A stretch of 36,953 bases of DNA. Source: Craspedostauros australis. Its lineage: Eukaryota. Numbering within the stretch: position 1 is the first letter of the stretch; every line of letters begins with the position of its first letter. Below, in pieces: positions 30,401 to 36,953 of this stretch. Made by a program: the position numbers and the translations under genes. Below the pieces are notes generated by a model. The model worked only from the letters and a program-made list of their open reading frames with translations. It did not search any database and was not told where the DNA came from. The DNA is taken from NCBI GenBank assembly GCA_030167865.1, contig JALAGF010004526.1, positions 62,001 through 98,953 on the forward strand. Direction: 5' to 3'.

Positions 30401-33154
30401 TTAGAGTTCTTCACAGGCAGATGGGGATGGTCCAGGGCAGTCTGTGGCGTCGTCGATTACATACGTCTCGGTAGGTGACGCACACAATGGTTCTCGGGCG
30501 CAACCGTTGCAGGTGATTTCTGTCGTACACACTCCTGCTCTGATGATGATGTCATTGGTTGCACTGCCACTGGTGCCAAGACCATTGCACGTGCTCGCAC
30601 CCGAGCAGGCACCGTCTTCGATGATCACGTTTCCTGTAAATTTGGCCGACGGATTTTCTGCATGCAAGTCCCTACAAGCAAACTCCCCTGTGCAGGCCTT
30701 CTCTCCGACGAAGACGCTTGTCACGATTAGTGTCGTGGGTGTAGATCCTTGGCTTGCGCGGTTTGCAATGCGATTGCATGCCTCGGGTTCATTGCATGCT
30801 CCTTCTTCCAGTCGTATATTGCCAAAGATATTCGCTCCAAGATGGTTGCAACTCTGTCGCTCGACACAAGCTTTTGGTCCGATCACCCTGGACCCGACTT
30901 CGACACCGGCAGCTGGCTGATCTGGGTCGAAATTGCCCAACCGGAAGCAGGCACCAAGGCCCTTGCAACTGTCAAGTATGATTGCATTGGGGCGTGCGAA
31001 TATGCATGCAATATTTCCAGTACATGATCCTGAGCTCACCGTCATGACACTGCCATCAACAGGTTCAATGGTGCAAGCATTATTACCACTGCAACAGTCA
31101 TCACTGCACGCATTCGTCACCGCAGATGCGCTACCAGTGAAGAGCTTCGTGTCTTCCTTCGCGATTGCCAACAATGCGTTGGTCACACTTTCGTCGTTCT
31201 TGATCTTATCAAAGCGTTTCTGCGCCACCTGCAACGTCACGGGCTGCGGAGTGTCTGCATCATTGCATCCAAAGATGCTCTTGACCATCTGGCGCTTCCC
31301 CTCATCAGTCAGAGCATCAACCGCATTGACAAAGGTTGCGCATGTGCCTGTTGCACCATCGCACAATACGTCACCAGTGACCCTATTGAACATTGACGTG
31401 CCATCACCCGGTGTTGAGAGACATCCTACTGTGAAGGATGCTGGGGTGAGAGTTGGGCTGCTTGTTCTTGTAGGCTCTTGCGAAGGCTGCGATTTTGATG
31501 ATGGCATGTCAGATGGCAGGGTGGATGGGAGTGCGGATGGGAGTGCGGACGGTAGAGTAGATGGCTGATTGGACGGCAGGCCAGAGGGAAATTGAGACGG
31601 CTCATCGGAAGGCATGCTGGTTGGAACGGGCGTGGGTTCAGCCGACACAGTGGGAAATGGGGTGGGAAAGAACGTCGGACAGTCTGTGGGCAAAGTGTCC
31701 TTGCCAATGCAGTACTCATCCACTTTGTCACCAGTAGGATTGCCCCCGGAGCTGCTGTCTCCCTTTGGACAGGCCCCATCGACATCGCTGATGAAGTAGA
31801 ATTCATCAGGGCTGCACTCCGTCTTCGTCATGCATCCCCTGCAGCCTTCGACGCTGCCGCATCCACCAGGAGGAACGATGATGTCCGTCTTCATTAGGTC
31901 ATTGAAGCCCATCTTCTCGCACGACCCATCAGCAGCGCAACCACCAGCACCAATGGTCAAGCTGCCTGCAGACTTGCCACCAGTACCATAGTTGACAGTG
32001 GAATGGGCATCCTTGCAGGCATTGCTGCCGACGCACGCATTCGCCCCGATGTCGATGTGGCTGCGGATGCGCATGGGGGCCTTCTGCACGACGCGGCGTC
32101 CAGCTGCATTGCATGCCTCTGATCCAACACATGCTCCGGTCTGAATGGTGACATCACCATGAGAACGACGTCCCACTCCCTCGCAAGATTGAGGGGTGGT
32201 GCATGCCATCTCGCCAACGAAGGTGACCCCTGTGATGGATGGGTTGATTTTATTTTCGTTCATCAATTCGCATGCACTCTCACCAGTGCATGAGGAATCG
32301 AGGACGAGGGAATTGGGTCCCATGTCCTTGCAGGCGCTATCACCGGTGCAGGCAGTGATCGCGACGGTCATGAATGGAGGAGAGTTGGAGGCAGAACCGG
32401 TGACTGAGGTGCATCCCGAGGATCCTTGGCAGCATGGGTCGGTGACAGGCGGCGACTGCGCCATTCCGATGGCCATGCACGTCTCCCCCATTGCGTCCGG
32501 ACGTTCTGTGACGAGGATCGCGTTGGTGGCAGTGATCATCGCGAGTTGCCCAGCGAGCACGTCATGCGACGCGTACTGGTTGAAGAGCTTGCGTGCAGCT
32601 CCTTCACCAAGGTCTCCTGCGCATGCGAAGAAGTTCTGCAGCTGCTCGGATTCTTTGACGGCGGTGATGGCTTCGCGGCAGGATGGCTTGTTAGCATCGC
32701 AGATGATGGTCTTGGCGCTTCTCTCTTCTGTTGTGATGGCAGTTTTGCCATCCGGCTTGCAAATGACCTCGATGGTGGAATCAAAGCCGGATGGAGGCGC
32801 TGTTGGCTCGGATGTTGGCAGGAGAGTCGGTTGAGAGGTCGGCAAAGCAGTTGGCTGAGCGACAGGCGTCATAGAGGGCATCTCCGAAATCAAGCCTGTC
32901 GGCGGCCCAGTAGGCAACGCGGTTGGCGCGGTTGTTTCTGCGCCAGCCGGGTTTTCAGTGGGTGGCACTTGGTTGTTCTTGTTGCCCTTGTTGGTCGTTG
33001 TGTCGCCGGCCTTGAGGATGCGGGTCTTCATCATCATCGTGTGGAGTTCCTCGGTTGGATCCACAGGAGTCCTGTTGCCGCGGAGCACGGCGTGGACCGT
33101 TGCCGTGTTGGCGAGAGCGAGAAAGGTGACGAAGGCTGCCTTGGTGTGGATCAT
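30401..33154 (-). CDS. Secreted Cys-rich repeat protein with Pro/Thr/Ser linkers (917 aa), probably cell-surface or extracellular
   Basis: Signal peptide MIHTKAAFVTFLALANTATVHA followed by VLRG and RIL. PTxxPT/PSxxPS repeats and many (A/S)CxGxx(A/S)C units; no introns are needed. Confidence 0.85.
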   Translation of the reverse strand: MIHTKAAFVTFLALANTATVHAVLRGNRTPVDPTEELHTMMMKTRILKAGDTTTNKGNKNNQVPPTENPAGAETTAPTALPTGPPTGLISEMPSMTPVAQPTALPTSQPTLLPTSEPTAPPSGFDSTIEVICKPDGKTAITTEERSAKTIICDANKPSCREAITAVKESEQLQNFFACAGDLGEGAARKLFNQYASHDVLAGQLAMITATNAILVTERPDAMGETCMAIGMAQSPPVTDPCCQGSSGCTSVTGSASNSPPFMTVAITACTGDSACKDMGPNSLVLDSSCTGESACELMNENKINPSITGVTFVGEMACTTPQSCEGVGRRSHGDVTIQTGACVGSEACNAAGRRVVQKAPMRIRSHIDIGANACVGSNACKDAHSTVNYGTGGKSAGSLTIGAGGCAADGSCEKMGFNDLMKTDIIVPPGGCGSVEGCRGCMTKTECSPDEFYFISDVDGACPKGDSSSGGNPTGDKVDEYCIGKDTLPTDCPTFFPTPFPTVSAEPTPVPTSMPSDEPSQFPSGLPSNQPSTLPSALPSALPSTLPSDMPSSKSQPSQEPTRTSSPTLTPASFTVGCLSTPGDGTSMFNRVTGDVLCDGATGTCATFVNAVDALTDEGKRQMVKSIFGCNDADTPQPVTLQVAQKRFDKIKNDESVTNALLAIAKEDTKLFTGSASAVTNACSDDCCSGNNACTIEPVDGSVMTVSSGSCTGNIACIFARPNAIILDSCKGLGACFRLGNFDPDQPAAGVEVGSRVIGPKACVERQSCNHLGANIFGNIRLEEGACNEPEACNRIANRASQGSTPTTLIVTSVFVGEKACTGEFACRDLHAENPSAKFTGNVIIEDGACSGASTCNGLGTSGSATNDIIIRAGVCTTEITCNGCAREPLCASPTETYVIDDATDCPGPSPSACEEL

Positions 33155-34960
33155 GGTTGCTCGGTAATTGGTAGTTGGTGATTGATCGTTCAGGGTTGAT
33201 AGTTGTTTGTTTGGTGTTGTTGGTTGACAACTTGGATGGATTTATGAGATGAAGAGTTTGATTTGTTGGTTGTTTGGATCAGCTTGTTTGCGTCATCTTG
33301 TTTGCATGTTTGATGTTGTGCACAAGACAACATGGTGCGAGAATGGCATTATTTCCAGGGAGGCCAAAGCTCCTCTGCAACCAGAACCTTCACAACCTGG
33401 TGACATCACCGTTGGATAGAAAGACTGTATGGATAAATGCAGATGCCCAACATTTATTGTCCAGCATGACCCTCCCTCACGAACATCATACATTGGGCCT
33501 GAACAATAATACGTACCAGCACAGTGCATGCGAGTATGGTAGGACAAGCACACATGGAACATGCTGCTCTTACTCATCTCCACACATCATCATCTGTCAT
33601 TCTTCTTGATCCGCAATTCTCGTCTGTGCCAGAAGAGGACTTTGTCGCGGTCTGATTTCCACAAGCACACACTATGTGTTTTCGCACGCAACACGCAACC
33701 ACCACAACTCATTCGGTAAACAACACTCTTGGAGTAGAGCAGCGGAACATACATCAAGATCGTGATCACTTCAACGCAAGAACGCAAGCGATGAATCGGT
33801 GTCTGGGTTTGCGCCTCCCCTGGTGAAAAGGAGAGAGAAAAAGACTCGCCAACTGTTCGGGCGGAAGGGTCTATCGTGATCGTCGCCTCTGTGATACCGC
33901 GCAAGCACAACCAGGTTGTCGAAGCTGATGCGCTTCGCAGGGATGAAACACTTGTTCGCATTTTGGTTGGGCATGCGAGGATGGAGGGGCGGTTTAGTTC
34001 TGAGAGCAGAAGAGTCTCGCTTCTTGCGACTTACAATGATGGGTGAATTAGGCCTGTGCCGATGTTGCGTAGCCCTGGCATGAACACTCCAACGCTGATG
34101 CATTTTACTGTGCAGCTACGCCACTCAATAATTACGAACGTGGGCCCTGGTTTGGGGCCACAAGTGAAGAATTCCTACTCTTCAGATCAGGAGGCGATTT
34201 GCGTTAGTGTCGGAGTTTGTGGCTCTCCCGCTTCACGCTCACAAGCATTCCTGTGACGAACACAACACAACTTCGCACAAGTTGTGTGACATCTCGTGAA
34301 CAACTGTTCGTCGGAACCGCGAAGACTCTCCGTTGGGCGAAGACAGAGAGGCATTCGATGACCCTTGAGATGTTCTGTGACCGTTGGTGACCACTTTGGC
34401 GGCTTTCTTCCCTGGCGGCACTCACCGGCATGGAGGCAGCGCGAACAATTAGGAAATGAGGCAGGTATCTGCGAAGAGAATGGAGACGCCATCAGCAATC
34501 CTCCTTCTATTCTATTCCATGCGATCTTTGCATTGGTCTCATGTATCATGCGCGGACACAGCCAACATTGACATCAACATCGACATGATGACAACAGAAC
34601 ACCACTTGTGTCGAGGAGGGATCCTTCCGAAGCGATATCTATGGTGATTTCCCTCCGGTACATGGCCTACGACCTTCAGATCGTAGTTGATGCACTCGCG
34701 ATAACACTAGTTGTGGAGCTTTGTTGAGTTTTACTCGTGATGACTCATGTTAAAGTAGACTAAAATAGAGCACACCCAAAACCATCAAATCACTGCTTAT
34801 GATGTTATATCTCAACAACACACCATTTAAAATTAAAACTAGACAGTTCATACAGAATCTTGGCTATCGTTTATTCTGAATATCGAAGTTAACATTTTAT
34901 GAACAGTTGAAGTTCATCTAAAGAACGGACTACTTCTCACTCAGTGTGTTCCTTGTCGCA

Positions 34961-34998
34961 CCAATGAAATTATTTTGGCGCGAATTTTTGGCGCGAAA
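34961..34998. promoter_or_regulatory. CCAAT box followed by two tandem E2F-type sites (TTTTGGCGCGAA x2)
   Basis: CCAAT at 34961-34965; TTTTGGCGCGAA at 34973-34984 and TTTTTGGCGCGAAA at 34985-34998. Function is inferred from the motif only. Confidence 0.45.
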
Positions 34999-35815
34999 CC
35001 TCCACCAACAAATACGGAACAATTGCTCTTTTCCCTCCTTCTCCCACACTCAATCATGAATCACCACTGACTCAAACACTATCCGAAGTCAATGGGATCA
35101 AGACACCCTGGGAACTATGTGCTCTCCTGAACTATTGTAATGCAGCCAACCTGAATTCCGTTGTCAGCTAACCAACCTGATAACCCTGCACGACAACAGT
35201 CAAGAGATCTTCCCCGCTTCAACACATGCAGGGAATCTTACATCAAATTCCCTCGGCTCGACAACCTGTGTTCTCGATCTCAACCTCAATCAAGGTGGCA
35301 AAGCTTAGTACTCGAACATAGAATGACTACGATGAGATACTGGAGAAAGAGAGAAAGAGAGGACCTGTCCGCCCTCAGCACTGAACCTCTGAAGGTCAGT
35401 GCAGAGCCGCACCATTCAGACTGACTATCGTTTCTTCATCCTACATCTCAAACTGATCAACTCACAATGCAGACTATTCAAATAACAAATAGCACAACTC
35501 AAGATCAGCAACAACAACTCTAATCTACTTCATTGTCACACACTACTAATCTCCAGACGGTCGCCCCACGTTGACTTCACCATCAGATTCCTAGAATCTG
35601 GCAGTCAGCTAGGCCATCCCTTCCGGATCATGTCACAACAGCACATGAAAATCCAACTTGAACTTTATTTTTAATGTCGTTTTGGCTTGCTGTCAGTCAG
35701 GTGGTGGGTGCAAAAAATTCCCGATGGCACCATGCTGCCCTACCTTCAGCACCCATTATCATCATTGTCATCCCTGGCATTTTCACAATATGCGCACTGC
35801 ATTAGCTCCGGATAA

Positions 35816-35828
35816 CCCCCCCCCCCCC
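35816..35828. repeat. C13 homopolymer
   Basis: Visible in the sequence. Confidence 0.9.
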
Positions 35829-36953
35829 ATCTATCCACCCCATGAAGGACAGAATAATCTGGGCGCATTGGATATCCCAAAGGGTCCCTGCACTGAAACG
35901 CAGAAATTTCGAACACCCGATTTCGACACGGATGCCGTTCGTATTTGGATCCGTATCTCGTCGATACGATCCTTGAAGCTCCTCCACATGCTCCCCATGC
36001 GTTCCAACATTCTCTGGCGACACACTGATGTGTTCAGAATGGGTTGGGAGTTCATACCTCCAAAGGTACACCTCCATGTGATGATGTCATCATGCTGTTT
36101 TTCCGACACCCAAAAAAATCCCTTTCGTGTGCATCCCAGGCTGAAGCCTCTTCCAGACCTTTGTTTTTTCTGGCGCTTCATGAACCAATCCCTGAGTTAA
36201 TTTTGAACACATCTTGAATGGGTGGCTTGGCGATCTGGGTGACTTGTGAATGGCACCCATCACCAGCGAAGTCATGTGATGTGTCCGCCGCCACCCACCA
36301 AAAAACTCTTGCCTGCCACTTGTTTCTTGCGGAGGGCACCTTCCAGGCCACCCCCGACCCTCAAACTTCGTGTGCATATTCATAGTATCCTCTTGGATGC
36401 ATCTTGCCCATCCATGGTCGTTGGAATGGCCTGTGCATTCCAGGCAGAGACCATATCCAACGAGTCAATGTTCCTCCAAATCGTCTTGTTTGCGCGTGGG
36501 CCTGCCACGGTCCCAAATCAACCACGATGGCATCCCCCTCTCGCTCATCCACCAAACTTTCCATGGCGGTTCCGCCTATGCCCTCAGATCTTGCACTGGA
36601 CCGCTGGTTGTCGCAGTGCTGTTGATGCTGTTCGACAGCGCTTGTGGAGTTTTGTTGTGTTTCTCCATTGTCGTGTTGTTGTGTTGATTTTGGTGTTCTC
36701 AATCAGTTTTTGCTGTTGGGGGCCACGGAGAATACCCAGAATTCGACCGCATGTGCCCAACAATGGGAACACTGTGCGAGTCCCGAATTGCGAATCCATT
36801 CCACAACGACACAACAGAGGCAACAAAATTCTCCTCACAAAGTGAACACAGAAAAGACAGCGCATCTCGAACGAGTTCCTCCTGTTTCTCTGCTGCTTGT
36901 AGTCATAGCTTGCACAGAATGTAGAATGACTGTGACCTTCCCACAAAGGAAAG

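Noticed and set aside
1-36953. tRNA, rRNA or CRISPR arrays
   Set aside because: No cloverleaf with A/B boxes, rRNA-like segment or regularly spaced repeat-spacer array was seen by eye. A covariance-model scan was not possible.

Overview
Eukaryotic nuclear DNA, most likely from a diatom or related ochrophyte. The evidence is GT-AG introns, bipartite signal-peptide + 'AF' plastid-targeting presequences, a CoDi-like Ty1/copia element and a diatom-style BTB protein. Positions 650-7950 hold a complete, apparently very young Ty1/copia LTR retrotransposon on the minus strand. It has 170-bp LTRs that look identical by eye, non-canonical TA...TA termini, a 5-bp TTTCT target-site duplication, one intact gag-pol ORF and an atypical primer-binding site. 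A gene-dense block follows (8.6-33.2 kb): a DHRS7-like SDR, proteasome lid RPN9/PSMD13, a lumenal Deg/HtrA protease (2 exons), SLU7, a large 2-exon low-complexity nuclear protein, a small DUF2867-like protein, a BTB/coiled-coil protein, SF3B6/p14, two plastid-targeted genes and a secreted Cys-rich repeat protein. The last ~3.7 kb has no recognisable intact gene. The most interesting signals are (1) two plastid-targeted nuclear genes joined by an overlapping TAATG stop-start, a candidate translationally coupled bicistronic locus; (2) a SLU7 whose zinc knuckle appears replaced by a Tudor-like domain; and (3) the unusual termini and priming site of the copia element. All assignments come from motif recognition by eye; no searches were run.
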